From: Methanothrix sp.
GTDB taxonomy: Archaea; Halobacteriota; Methanosarcinia; Methanotrichales; Methanotrichaceae
Assembly: GCA_040770465.1 (NCBI GenBank)
Contig: JAXGJB010000028.1
Location: 1-38,179 of the forward strand
Direction: 5' to 3'
DNA length: 38,179 nt
Part shown: positions 26,120-35,841 of the stretch, piece after piece
Position numbering within the stretch: the first letter of the stretch is position 1
How the letters are laid out: each line of letters starts with the position of its first letter
Program-made: the position numbers and the translations under genes
The notes under the pieces: model-generated
What the model saw: only the letters and a program-made list of their open reading frames with translations
What the model was told of the DNA's origin: nothing
Database searches by the model: none

Positions 26120-28336
26120 ATGCATCTTATCATTGCCGAAAAGCACAACGTGGCCAAGAGGATCGCCCAAATTCTCGCCAGGTCCAAGCCCAAGGTAAAA
26201 CGGGTTCATGGAATCGAAGCATTTTATTTCGACGACAAGGTCGTCATGGGCCTCTCCGGCCATATCGTCGGCGTGGACTACCCGCCCGGATACAACAACT
26301 GGCAGAAGGTGGACTATCGAGATCTGATCCACGCCGAAGTGGTGACAACGCCCACCCAGGGGAAGATCGTCTCCGCCCTCTGCGATCTGGGAAAGGATGC
26401 GGACCGGATCACAATCGCCACCGACTACGATCGGGAAGGGGAGCTGATCGGGGTTGAGGCGCTGAGGATAGCCGAAGATGCAAATCCAAAGATCAAAGCC
26501 GACAGGGTCAGGTTCAGCGCAATAACCAAGGGCGAGATCCTGGACGCTTTCGAATCTCCAGGCGTCGTCGACTTCGACCTCGCCTCCTCCGGGGAAGCGC
26601 GACAGGTGGTGGACCTGATCTGGGGCGCAGCCCTCACCAGGTTCATATCCATCACCTCCGGGAGGCTCGGGAAGGGTTTCCTCTCGGTGGGGAGGGTTCA
26701 GTCGCCGACGCTGGCCCTCATCGTCGACCGGGAGAAAGAGATCAACGCCTTCAAGCCCCAGACTTACTGGGAGATCAGCGCCGACCTCGAAAAGGACCTC
26801 CAGGTCAAGCATGAGAGGGGCAGGTTCTGGGACGGCGACGAGGCGAGAGCGATATTCGAGGGGCTCGGCGACGTCGCCACAGTAATGTCCATCAAGGAGA
26901 AGAACCGGACCGACCGGCCCCCGGCCCCCTTCGACACCACCGCATTCATAAGCGCCGCGAGCGGCATCGGCTTTTCGGCAGCCAACGCCATGAGGATAGC
27001 CGAGTGGCTATACACCAGCGGGTTCATAAGCTACCCTCGAACCGAGAACACCGTCTACCCGACTACCCTCGACCTCCGGGCCATCGTATCGATCTTCAAG
27101 AAGGGGCCGTTCAAAGAGGATGCCGAACGGGTGCTCAAAGGTCCGATGGTCCCCACTCGGGGGAAGAGGTTCTCGACCGACCACCCGCCCATATACCCGA
27201 CGGCCTCCGCCACCAAGACCGAGATGAAGGCAGACCAGTGGAAGATCTACGAGCTGGTGGTGAGACGATTTTTGGCGACCCTCTCCGCCCCATCCCGCTG
27301 GATCGTCATGAACGTCAAGATCGACATCGACGGCCAGCCCTTCAAAGCCATGGGAGCCCGACAGATCGAGGCTGGCTGGAGGGCCTGCTACCCCTACAGC
27401 AAGGCAGCAGAGCAGATCCTCCCCCAGCTCTCCGAGGGGGAGAGGCTTATGGTCCTCGGAAAGGAGATCGTCGACAAGGAGACCCAGCCCCCCTCGAGAT
27501 ATGGTCAGGGGAGGCTCGTGAAGCTGATGGACGAGCTTGGCCTCGGGACGAAGTCGACGAGGCACGAGATAATAAGCAAGCTCTACGCCCGAGCCTACGT
27601 CCAGGGAAACCCCATGAAGCCGACGAACACAGCTTACGCCGTCATCGAGGCCCTGGAACGGCATTCTCCCACCATCACCAAACCCGATATGACCCGGACC
27701 CTGGAGGAGGATATGACGAAGATCGCCGACGGCCGGATCGGAGAGGAGTCGGTGATCACGGAGTCGAGGTCGATGCTGGATTCCGTCTTCGACGACCTAC
27801 TCAGCCACCAGGAGGAGATAGGGACCACCCTCCGAGAGGGGCTTCGGACCGACAAGATCGTGGGCACCTGCCCCAGCTGCGGCAATGAGCTGATCATCAG
27901 GAGGGGACGGCGCGGCAGCAGGTTCATAGGATGCGCCGGCTACCCCGACTGCACCTTCACCCTCCCCCTCCCCAAGTTCGGGATGATCGTCGTCACCGAC
28001 AAGGTCTGCGATGAGCACGGGATGCAGCACATCCGGATCATCAACAAGGGCAAACGCCCCTGGGACCTGGGCTGCCCCAAATGCAACTTCGACCAGTGGC
28101 AGGCGAAGAAGGCCGAGGAGGCGAAGAAGAAGGCCGAGGTCGACGCCCTCGCCAAGATCCCCGGGATCGGCCCCAAGACCCTGGAGAAGCTCGGAGCCGC
28201 CGGGATCAAGACCGCCATGGACCTCGTCGAGGCCGAGGCCGAAGAGCTGGCCGAGAAGACGGGCCTCACAAAGAAGAAGATATCGTCGTGGCAGCTGGCC
28301 GCCAGAACCATGGAAAAAGAGGCGACAAGCTGCTGA
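26120..28336 (+). CDS. topA: DNA topoisomerase IA with Zn ribbons and a C-terminal helix-hairpin-helix domain
   Basis: IIAEK Toprim, ATDYDREGE, SVGRVQSPTL, catalytic ISYPRT, DHPPIYPT, GLGTKSTR, CPSCG...C..YPDC, IPGIGPKT. Confidence 0.96.
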   Translation: MHLIIAEKHNVAKRIAQILARSKPKVKRVHGIEAFYFDDKVVMGLSGHIVGVDYPPGYNNWQKVDYRDLIHAEVVTTPTQGKIVSALCDLGKDADRITIATDYDREGELIGVEALRIAEDANPKIKADRVRFSAITKGEILDAFESPGVVDFDLASSGEARQVVDLIWGAALTRFISITSGRLGKGFLSVGRVQSPTLALIVDREKEINAFKPQTYWEISADLEKDLQVKHERGRFWDGDEARAIFEGLGDVATVMSIKEKNRTDRPPAPFDTTAFISAASGIGFSAANAMRIAEWLYTSGFISYPRTENTVYPTTLDLRAIVSIFKKGPFKEDAERVLKGPMVPTRGKRFSTDHPPIYPTASATKTEMKADQWKIYELVVRRFLATLSAPSRWIVMNVKIDIDGQPFKAMGARQIEAGWRACYPYSKAAEQILPQLSEGERLMVLGKEIVDKETQPPSRYGQGRLVKLMDELGLGTKSTRHEIISKLYARAYVQGNPMKPTNTAYAVIEALERHSPTITKPDMTRTLEEDMTKIADGRIGEESVITESRSMLDSVFDDLLSHQEEIGTTLREGLRTDKIVGTCPSCGNELIIRRGRRGSRFIGCAGYPDCTFTLPLPKFGMIVVTDKVCDEHGMQHIRIINKGKRPWDLGCPKCNFDQWQAKKAEEAKKKAEVDALAKIPGIGPKTLEKLGAAGIKTAMDLVEAEAEELAEKTGLTKKKISSWQLAARTMEKEATSC

Positions 28337-28349
28337 ATTTTGAGAGAAA

Positions 28350-28424
28350 TGGGCCTGGCCGGATTTGAACCGGCGACCACTCGGTTATGAGCCGAGCGCT
28401 CTAACCGGACTAAGCTACAGGCCC
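28350..28424 (-). tRNA. tRNA with CAT anticodon, most likely tRNA-Ile2 (agmatidine-modified)
   Basis: GGGCCTGTAGCTTAG...CTCGG-CTCATAA-CCGAG...GGTTCAAATCC...GGCCCA; the GGGCC acceptor stem is Ile-type rather than initiator or elongator Met. Confidence 0.88.
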
Positions 28425-28443
28425 AAGAAACGTTTTATTAAGA

Positions 28444-28516
28444 CGCCGCCAACAGGGCTCGAACCTGTGACGATCTGGTTAACAGCCAGACACTCTACCA
28501 ACTGAGTTATGGCGGC
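28444..28516 (-). tRNA. tRNA-Asn(GTT)
   Basis: GCCGCCATAACTCAGTTGGTAGAG...TCTGG-CTGTTAA-CCAGA...GTTCGAG...TGGCGGCG. Confidence 0.96.
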
Positions 28517-28540
28517 TCGAACCCTGCCTTTTCGGGCAAT

Positions 28541-28556
28541 CCATTTAAGCCTTTTG
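28541..28556 (-). promoter_or_regulatory. BRE/TATA promoter for the tRNA-Asn/tRNA-Ile2 pair
   Basis: Minus strand AAAAGGCTTAAAT about 25-30 nt upstream of tRNA-Asn. Confidence 0.6.
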
Positions 28557-28572
28557 ATCAGAAGGGGATCTC

Positions 28573-29619
28573 ATGCGCGTTCTTAAAAAGAGCCTCCGGG
28601 GCGAGGAGGGGGAGATATCCCTCGTGCCCGAGTCGATCGACGACCTCTGGCACCTCAAGTACCTGATCGCCCCCGGCGACCTCGTCTTCGCCCTCACCCA
28701 CCGGAAGGCGCCTGCTTCCGCCGACAAGCTCCGGCCCGAAAAATTGGAGCGAAGGCCGGTGAGGCTCGGGATAAGGGCGGAGTCGGTGGAGTTTCACACC
28801 TCCTCCAACTGGCTCCGGGTCCACGGGGTGATCGAGGCCGGCCAGGACGTCGGCTCCTACCACACCCTCAACCTTGAGCCGGGAGCCGACTTATCCATCA
28901 TCAAGAGGTGGCGGCCCGACGAGATCGCGCGGATCCGGGAGGCTGTGGCCGAGTCGAAACGTCCGAAGATGGTGATCGTCCTCGTAGAGGAGGGGGAGGC
29001 GGCGATCGGGGTCCTCCGGCAGTTCGGGGTGGAGACCGCCTCGGAGATAAAGATGGGGGGCGGGAAAGGAATGGGCGGGCGGGGCGGCGACCGCCGGTCC
29101 GAGTTTCTCGACGAGTGCGCCAGGGAGATCGCCAGGGTTGCCGCCTCCGATTCAAAGGTGATCCTGGCGGGGCCCGGATTCACCAAGGAGGATCTCAAAA
29201 AGAGGATAGACTCCAATTATCCCGACCTCGCCCCCAGGATCGTTCTCTATGACGCCACCACCATGGGGGTTTCTGGGTTCCAGGAGGTCCTCCGGCGAGG
29301 TGCCATCGACAAGATCCTCGAGGAGAGCAGGATTGCCCTGGAGACGACCCTGATGGAGGACCTCCTCCGAGAGATCGCCACCGACGGGAGGGGAGCCTAC
29401 GGCCCAGCCGAGGTGAGAGGGGCGGCAGACCTGGGGGCTGTCGAGACCCTGATGGTCACAGACGATCTTATCCGAAGTCCCGATATGGACGAGCTGATGA
29501 GGTCGGTCTCGGAATCCCGAGGACGGGTCGTCGTCTTCAGCTCGGAGTTTGAGCCGGGAAAGAGGCTTTCAGCCCTGGGGGGCGTGGCGGCGATCCTGAG
29601 ATACAAGATGACCCGCTGA
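28573..29619 (+). CDS. pelA: Pelota/Dom34 ribosome rescue factor
   Basis: PESIDDLWHL, LRVHGVI, YHTLNL, LAGPGFTK, AYG..EV, GAVETLMVTD, LGGVAAILRY. Confidence 0.96.
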   Translation: MRVLKKSLRGEEGEISLVPESIDDLWHLKYLIAPGDLVFALTHRKAPASADKLRPEKLERRPVRLGIRAESVEFHTSSNWLRVHGVIEAGQDVGSYHTLNLEPGADLSIIKRWRPDEIARIREAVAESKRPKMVIVLVEEGEAAIGVLRQFGVETASEIKMGGGKGMGGRGGDRRSEFLDECAREIARVAASDSKVILAGPGFTKEDLKKRIDSNYPDLAPRIVLYDATTMGVSGFQEVLRRGAIDKILEESRIALETTLMEDLLREIATDGRGAYGPAEVRGAADLGAVETLMVTDDLIRSPDMDELMRSVSESRGRVVVFSSEFEPGKRLSALGGVAAILRYKMTR

Positions 29620-29698
29620 TGGATAAGCGCGCGAGAACGTCGGTCGAGAGATGCGGTCGGGATATCTTCTTATATCTCCATACGGACCGGTCGGTAAG

Positions 29699-30616
29699 AT
29701 GATCCGTTGCGACAGATGCTCGGGGCGGGCGGTGATATTTCAGAAGTACTCGGGAAAGCACCTCTGCTCCCGGCACTTCGAGGAGGACGTCCACCGGAAG
29801 GTGAAAGAGGTCCTGCGGACCTACAGGATCTTCGGGAAACCCTGCAGGATAGTGGTGGCTGTCTCCGGGGGCAAAGACAGCACCTCCCTTCTCGCGATCC
29901 TTCACGGACTCTTCAGCTCCAGGGAGGACGTGGAGCTTCTGGCCGTATCCATCGACGAGGGGATCGACGGGTACAGGCCGAAGACGATCTCGGCCGCAGC
30001 TTCCGTGGCCAAGCAGCTCGGGATCGAACATGTCGTCGAGAGGCTCGACGACAACTTCGGTGTCACCACAGACCTCATGGCTGCCCAGGGCCATCCCCAG
30101 GGACCCTGCAGCTTCTGCGGCGTCCTCCGGAAGGGGCTTCTCAACAGGACGGCCCGAAACCTCGGCGCCAATGCGGTCGCCACCGGCCACAACCTCGACG
30201 ACGAGGCCCAGACGGTGATGCTCAACTACCTCAAAGGAGACGTCGACCGGCTCTACCGGCTCAGGCCGAAAAAGCCCCTCGCAGGGATGGTTCCGAGGAT
30301 AAAGCCGCTACGCAGAATCCCCGAGAAGGAGATGGGCGTCTACGCCATAACCCACGGCATCCCCATAGAGACCGCGGCCTGCCCTTACATATCGAGGGCC
30401 ATGAGGCAGGAGGTGAAGGATCTCCTGAACGACCTGGAGGCGAAGCACCCGGGGACGAAGTACTCCATCATGAGGGGGTTTGAGAAGATCCTGGCGCGGG
30501 AGCTTCCAGGCTCTTACGAGGTGGTGGCATGCACGCGATGCGGCGAGCCCTCCAGCGACGGCGTCTGCGCGAGCTGCAGGCTTCTGGAGATGGTCTGTGG
30601 GGAGCAAAGTCTTTAA
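29699..30616 (+). CDS. TtuA/NcsA (Ctu1)-family tRNA 2-thiolation protein
   Basis: N-terminal CDRC...LCSRHF zinc finger, SGGKDS PP-loop, CSFCGVLRK, TGHNLDDE, CPY, C-terminal CTRC...CASC; start moved to ATG 29699. Confidence 0.92.
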   Translation: MIRCDRCSGRAVIFQKYSGKHLCSRHFEEDVHRKVKEVLRTYRIFGKPCRIVVAVSGGKDSTSLLAILHGLFSSREDVELLAVSIDEGIDGYRPKTISAAASVAKQLGIEHVVERLDDNFGVTTDLMAAQGHPQGPCSFCGVLRKGLLNRTARNLGANAVATGHNLDDEAQTVMLNYLKGDVDRLYRLRPKKPLAGMVPRIKPLRRIPEKEMGVYAITHGIPIETAACPYISRAMRQEVKDLLNDLEAKHPGTKYSIMRGFEKILARELPGSYEVVACTRCGEPSSDGVCASCRLLEMVCGEQSL

Positions 30617-30641
30617 ATGTTGAACGGGGTGGGGAGAACGG

Positions 30642-30715
30642 GCCTCGGTGGCTCAGCTGGCTAGAGCGAGTGACTTGTAATCACTAGGTCGCGTGTTCGA
30701 ATCACGCCCGGGGCT
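30642..30715 (+). tRNA. tRNA-Thr(TGT)
   Basis: GCCTCGGTGGCTCAGCTGGCTAGAGC...AGTGA-CTTGTAA-TCACT...GTTCGAATC...CCGGGGCT; TTTAAAT box about 30 nt upstream. Confidence 0.96.
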
Positions 30716-30792
30716 TATATCAAAGCTTATATCGACGTCGGAAGAATATCATGCGGCTTGCATCAAAGTCATTTCAAGGCCGGAGGCAGATC

Positions 30793-31113
30793 ATGCTTTT
30801 TATATTCTTTCTCATTCTCTCAACGGTGACGGCAGCGGCCGCCCTCGACCCCCTCGCCATCAACACCACCAGCGACTTTGACGAATTGGAGGCACTCCTG
30901 GCCCGAGAGGTGGCTGGGCCAGCCCAACCGGCGGGGGTCGGGACGACGAATCCGACCGCAGAGATCGAGCCGCCCTTCATCCATCTCATTCGAAATGAGA
31001 GCATCTTCCTCGACTTCGAGAACCTCACCGGCCCCGTCACCCCGTTTCCCATCAGCGCCGAATCTTCATGGAACGGGTCCTTCTTCGAGACGCTCATCGA
31101 TGAGTGGTGGTAA
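30793..31113 (+). CDS. Small secreted hypothetical protein
   Basis: GGAGG RBS; signal peptide MLFIFFLILSTVTAAAA; several NxS/T sequons. Confidence 0.6.
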   Translation: MLFIFFLILSTVTAAAALDPLAINTTSDFDELEALLAREVAGPAQPAGVGTTNPTAEIEPPFIHLIRNESIFLDFENLTGPVTPFPISAESSWNGSFFETLIDEWW

Positions 31114-31163
31114 GCTCTTCGAAGGAAAAGTATAATCCTTTTCAGATAGGAACTAGAGGATCT

Positions 31164-31655
31164 ATGAGGGACTTCGCCAAGGAGATCTTAGAGGTGCTGG
31201 AGGAGAACGCCAGGGCCACCCCCGGGGAGATCGCCACCCTGCTGGGCCAAGAGGAGGCAGAGGTCGCAGCAGAGATCAAGAGCCTGGAGGATTCGGGGAT
31301 CATAAGGAAGTACATGACCATGATCAACTGGGAGAAGATCGACGACGGCTACGTCTACGCCATAGTCGAGCTGAAGGTCTCGCTCCGGCGGGACCAGGGC
31401 TACGACGCCATCGCCGAGCGGATCTCCCGGTTCTCCGAAGTCCAATCGGTGCGGCTGATATCCGGGGACCACGACATATCCTTCACCGTGCGGGGCAGGT
31501 CGATGAAGGACGTCGCCTTCTTCGTCACCGATAAGATCGCGACCCTCGCCGGGGTCGAGTCGACCTGCACCCACTTCATCCTGAAGAGCTACAAGGAGCA
31601 CGGGGTCATCCTCTACGACAGAGCCCAGCCCAAACGACTGGTGGTCACCGCATGA
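31164..31655 (+). CDS. Lrp/AsnC-family transcriptional regulator
   Basis: ILEVLEENAR...EIA...LEDSGII HTH; IAERISRFSEVQSVRLISGDHD; THFILK. Confidence 0.93.
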   Translation: MRDFAKEILEVLEENARATPGEIATLLGQEEAEVAAEIKSLEDSGIIRKYMTMINWEKIDDGYVYAIVELKVSLRRDQGYDAIAERISRFSEVQSVRLISGDHDISFTVRGRSMKDVAFFVTDKIATLAGVESTCTHFILKSYKEHGVILYDRAQPKRLVVTA

Positions 31656-32881
31656 ATGATAGCGAGACGGGACAGAAGAAGAAAATGCTCGATATGGAGA
31701 AGCCGGCCATCTGGCGGCCCGAATCCCACATATCGGCGACGGTCAGGGATATGCCCCCTTCGGGGATCAGGAAGTTCTTCGACATCGTCGTGGGGATGGA
31801 GGACGTCATCAGCCTCGGCGTAGGGGAGCCGGACTTCGCGACCCCCTGGCACATCAGGGAGGCCTGCATCTACTCCCTCGAAGGCGGCCACACCTCTTAC
31901 ACCTCCAACAAGGGGCTCCCGGAGCTGAGGGAGATTCTGGCCGAATCGACAAAAGATGATCTGGGCCTCGATTACGATCCCGAGGAGGAGGTCCTGATCA
32001 CCACCGGCGTCTCCGAGGCGGTGGACCTCGCCTTTCGGGCGACCTTGAACCCCGGAGACGAGGTGATCGTCCCCCAGCCCTGCTACGTCGCCTACGTCCC
32101 AGACGTCCTCCTGGCGGGAGGAGTCCCAAGGCCAGTGGCCACCAGGCTATCCGAGGAGTTCAAGCTCCGGCCCGAGGACTTCCGGGACGCAATCAACGAG
32201 AAGACGAAGGCTCTGGTCTTGAGCTACCCGAACAACCCCACGGGGGCGATCATGACAAGGGAGGACCTGGAGGAGATCGCCGACCTGGTGGTGGAAAACG
32301 ACCTTCTGGTGATCTCCGACGAGGTCTACGACAAGCTCACCTACGACGGAAAACACGCGAGCTTCGCCCAGCTGGAGGGGATGCGCGAGAGGACGGTCCT
32401 CCTCAACGGCCTCTCCAAGTCCTGCGCCATGACCGGGTGGAGGATAGGCTACGCCCTCGGCGATCCGGCGATCGTCGGGGCGATGACCAAGGTCCACCAG
32501 TACACCATGCTCTGCGCCCCCACCATGGCCCAGGTGGCAGCGGTGGAGGCCCTGAGGCGGGGCGAGCCCGAGATGAAGGCGATGAAGCGGGAGTACGACC
32601 GGAGAAGGAGGCTCTTCGTCTCGGAGCTGGTGAGGCTCGGCCTACCGTGCTTTGAGCCGAAGGGCGCCTTCTACGCCTTCCCCTCCATCGAGGGGACGGG
32701 CCTCTCCTCCGAGGAGTTTGCAGAGCAGCTCTTAAAAGAACAGAGGGTGGCTGCAGTCCCAGGAAACGCCTTCGGCGAGAGCGGCGAGGGGTTCATCCGA
32801 TGCTCTTACGCAACCTCGAGGGAGGAGATCCTCGAAGCCGTCGACAGGATCGAGCGGTTCCTCGCGGACCTCGGCGCATAA
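31652..32881 (+). CDS. Class I/II PLP-dependent aminotransferase
   Basis: SLGVGEPDF, YPNNPTG, ISDEVY, SKSCAMTGWRIGY (PLP lysine), GAFYAF; 4-bp overlap with lrp. Confidence 0.95.
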   Translation: MNDSETGQKKKMLDMEKPAIWRPESHISATVRDMPPSGIRKFFDIVVGMEDVISLGVGEPDFATPWHIREACIYSLEGGHTSYTSNKGLPELREILAESTKDDLGLDYDPEEEVLITTGVSEAVDLAFRATLNPGDEVIVPQPCYVAYVPDVLLAGGVPRPVATRLSEEFKLRPEDFRDAINEKTKALVLSYPNNPTGAIMTREDLEEIADLVVENDLLVISDEVYDKLTYDGKHASFAQLEGMRERTVLLNGLSKSCAMTGWRIGYALGDPAIVGAMTKVHQYTMLCAPTMAQVAAVEALRRGEPEMKAMKREYDRRRRLFVSELVRLGLPCFEPKGAFYAFPSIEGTGLSSEEFAEQLLKEQRVAAVPGNAFGESGEGFIRCSYATSREEILEAVDRIERFLADLGA

Positions 32882-32949
32882 AAAACCGCATAAAAGCCGC
32901 TGCGCTACAGGACAAAAGGGTTTAATACCCCCATTTCGTTTCGACCTCG

Positions 32950-33573
32950 ATGCTCAAGTCCCGTCTGGTGGACGGAAAGAGGGTGGATCGATCTCTCGCG
33001 GCCCTCGCCCGTCTCGGCCTCTCCCCCAACGCCTGGACCGCCCTCGCCCTGGCGGTGGCCCTCGTTGGGTTTTTGGCCCTCATGGACAGAAGGCTCCTCT
33101 CCGGCTTCATCCTCTTCCTAATATCGGGGGCCCTCGACATGGTGGACGGGGCGGTGGCGAGGGCGACCGGCCAGACATCGACGGCCGGAGCCTTTCTCGA
33201 CGGGGTCCTCGACAGGTACGTCGAGGCTCTCCTGATCCTGGGGATCTTCTTCTATCTCGGCCCGAACGCAGAATTTCTGATCCCCATCGGCGCCTGGATC
33301 GCGATCCTCATCTTCGGGGCCGTAATGACCTCCTTCGTCCGGGCCTACGCCGACCACCGGGGCCTCGTCAAGGACCAGCTGGTCCTGGCAAAAGAGATGG
33401 GCGGGCTCCTCGAAAGGGCCGAGAGGCTGATCCTCATCTACGCCGGGATGGTCGGGGCCCTCCTATTCGGGGACGGCTGGCTTTTTGGGACGATCGTCAT
33501 CGCGGCAGTTCTATCTAACCTGACCGCCATCCAGAGGATATTTCTCGCGATGAAGTACGGCAAACGGGTCTGA
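32950..33573 (+). CDS. CDP-alcohol phosphatidyltransferase (archaetidylinositol-phosphate synthase-like)
   Basis: SPNAWT, DMVDGAVARATG...GAFLDGVLDR signature, SFVRA, ERAER. Confidence 0.92.
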   Translation: MLKSRLVDGKRVDRSLAALARLGLSPNAWTALALAVALVGFLALMDRRLLSGFILFLISGALDMVDGAVARATGQTSTAGAFLDGVLDRYVEALLILGIFFYLGPNAEFLIPIGAWIAILIFGAVMTSFVRAYADHRGLVKDQLVLAKEMGGLLERAERLILIYAGMVGALLFGDGWLFGTIVIAAVLSNLTAIQRIFLAMKYGKRV

Positions 33574-33750
33574 GGCGGGATAAAAAAAGAAACGCAGGAG
33601 AGATGAGACGGTCTGACAGTCCGACGGTTTGACGTCTCTTTATCATCCTCGCCGCTCCACCTCTAGCCCGGCCCGAAGGTTGAGGTCTGCTTCGAGACGG
33701 CCGGAAGCGGGAGAGGTTGTCATATACCTCCACCGTAAAAGGGACGGGGC

Positions 33751-33972
33751 ATGTCCGGATCACCGGAGAATTATGCATCCGAAGCCTGCGCCTTCTGCAA
33801 TGGCGCCGGCGAATCTGATGGGAGGCTATGCCCCGCCTGCAACGGCCGGGGGAGGGTGCTGGTGGCACTGCCGAAGAAGAGGTGCCCCCTCTGTAACGGG
33901 GCCGGAAGGCTCTGCATCAGGGGATGCCCCGCCTGCGGCGGGACGGGATGGACGGGAGCTCTGAAAGGCTGA
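33751..33972 (+). CDS. Small stand-alone DnaJ-type zinc-finger protein
   Basis: Four CXXCXGXG repeats: CAFCNGAG, CPACNGRG, CPLCNGAG, CPACGGTG. Confidence 0.8.
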   Translation: MSGSPENYASEACAFCNGAGESDGRLCPACNGRGRVLVALPKKRCPLCNGAGRLCIRGCPACGGTGWTGALKG

Positions 33973-34203
33973 AGGGACCCTGAAAGAAGGCGAACCTTCA
34001 ACCTTTGGTCCCCCAGCCGACTCGCTACTAAACGGTACCCACCACATCGGCTCCGTCCCGCTGCACTCGAGGGTCAGGATCTTAATTCCGTTCTCGGATC
34101 TTTCCTATCATCCCATCTCCAATTCTTCGTCTGGTCGGAGCAAAAAGGCTCAGTATGGGAGAGGCAATTTTGAAATATGTCCAGAAACTAACGATTTCTC
34201 GGG

Positions 34204-34776
34204 ATGAAGGCGATGCTCTCAAAGGATGGACGCCCGCAGGTCTCCATCCGAACCGACCTCCGGCCCGGCGACATCGGGATGGTGGTCCACCTCCACGGCG
34301 CCCTTTACGCTGAGGAGCAGGGGTGGGACTCCACCTTCGACGGCTACGTCGCCGGACCTCTCTCCGAGTTCGCCAAGTCCAGGTCGGACCGGGACCGGAT
34401 CTGGATCGTCGAACTGAAAGATGCGATCGGGGCCGCAGTGGGGCGAGGAGAAGGGCGATGGATAGGGGAATGCGAGGAGGCGAAACGGATCGTCGGGTCC
34501 GTCGCCATCGTCGAGGTCTCAGAGGACGAGGCCCAGCTCAGGTGGCTCCTTCTCGCCCCGGTGGTGAGGGGGCTCGGCCTGGGGCGGAGGCTCGCTGGAG
34601 AGGCTCTGGCCTTCTCCCGGTCGGCCGGGTACAAATCGGTCTTCCTCTGGACGGTCCGGGGGCTTGAGGCGGCGACGAGCCTCTACGAGTCCCTCGGCTT
34701 TGAAGAGACCGAGGAGAAGACCTCCGAGATCTGGGGGAGCACCGTCACCGAGGTGAGGTACGACCTCAAGCTTTGA
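34204..34776 (+). CDS. GNAT-family N-acetyltransferase
   Basis: PGDIG..HGALYAEE.GWD, AQLRWLLL, RGLGLGRRL acetyl-CoA motif, LYESLGF. Confidence 0.9.
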   Translation: MKAMLSKDGRPQVSIRTDLRPGDIGMVVHLHGALYAEEQGWDSTFDGYVAGPLSEFAKSRSDRDRIWIVELKDAIGAAVGRGEGRWIGECEEAKRIVGSVAIVEVSEDEAQLRWLLLAPVVRGLGLGRRLAGEALAFSRSAGYKSVFLWTVRGLEAATSLYESLGFEETEEKTSEIWGSTVTEVRYDLKL

Positions 34777-34839
34777 GATGACGAGATCGAAATCAAGATC
34801 GTAGTTTTAATGAGAAGATCAATTGGGAGATGCTGACTG

Positions 34840-35259
34840 ATGGGAGAGGAGACGTTCGAAGCGATCCGGAGGAGGGTCGCAGAGGAGCCCTACGCGAAGA
34901 AGATGGGGCTCAAACTGGTAGAGGTGGCCGAAGGGTACGCTCTCGTTGAGATGAAGTTCACCGAGGAGATGGAGAACGTCTTCGGGATGGCCCACGGCGG
35001 GGCGATATTCTCCCTCATCGACGAGGCCTTCGAGGTGGCGTCAAACTCCCACGGCACCGTATCGGTCGCCCTCAGCATGAGCGTCACCTACGTCAGCAGT
35101 CCGAAGAAGGGGGAGACCCTCCTGGCGGAGGGAAAGGAGATCAGCAGGTCGAATCGGGTCGCGACCTACGATATCCGGGTCAAGACCAGTGGGGGGGACC
35201 TCATCGCCATCTGCCAGGCCCTGGTTTATAGAAAGAGGGATCCGTTGCCGTTTCTGTGA
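34840..35259 (+). CDS. PaaI-family hotdog-fold thioesterase
   Basis: N.FGMAHGGAIFSLIDEAF...NSHG, ATYDIRV. Confidence 0.9.
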   Translation: MGEETFEAIRRRVAEEPYAKKMGLKLVEVAEGYALVEMKFTEEMENVFGMAHGGAIFSLIDEAFEVASNSHGTVSVALSMSVTYVSSPKKGETLLAEGKEISRSNRVATYDIRVKTSGGDLIAICQALVYRKRDPLPFL

Positions 35260-35395
35260 AGCCGTCGATCAAATTGATGAGGGCGAGGAAAGTCACAAAA
35301 CGAGGGCGAAAACGATCGCGACGCAGAATAGACGAACGGCTTTCAGGCGAAAGGTCGCATACAATTTGGAGATCGGGATCGCGGGAATCCGGACC

Positions 35396-35797
35396 TCACT
35401 GTCGGCCTTCCAAGGAGCGCTTGAAGGCCTTGAGCCGTGAGAGCATTTTCTTCGCTCCAAAGGCGGCAGGAACGAAGGTCACATTTGATCTCCTACCGAA
35501 CATCTCAACGTACTCTCTGGTGACGAAACCAAGATCGTTGAGGTCTTGGCCGTCGAAGCTGATCTTCAGGAAGATGTTCGAAGATACAAACTCGTCGAAC
35601 TCGGAATCGTTTTCAGGCACCCTTGCAAGAGGGAGATCCTGCCAAGCGAGCCAGGAGTAGCACTTCTGAAGCGCCCGGTCGTCCTCTCGCCCTTCCGGCA
35701 CGGGCCATCCCTGGGCTGTCCACCTGATTCTTTCGGCTATTTCGGCTATGACGTTCTTCCCACCGATCGTCAAATTCGCATCCATCTCTTCACTCAT
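35396..35797 (-). CDS. Hypothetical protein
   Basis: 133-aa ORF with protein-like composition; no recognised motif. Confidence 0.55.
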   Translation of the reverse strand: MSEEMDANLTIGGKNVIAEIAERIRWTAQGWPVPEGREDDRALQKCYSWLAWQDLPLARVPENDSEFDEFVSSNIFLKISFDGQDLNDLGFVTREYVEMFGRRSNVTFVPAAFGAKKMLSRLKAFKRSLEGRQ

Positions 35798-35841
35798 ATT
35801 ACGTCACTTTTCTGCTAAATTTCCATCTGCCTTTGACGCTC

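Noticed and set aside
28350-28424. tRNA-Met call
   Set aside because: It lacks the initiator A1-U72 pair and GGG/CCC anticodon stem, and the acceptor stem is Ile-type, so Ile2 is preferred.
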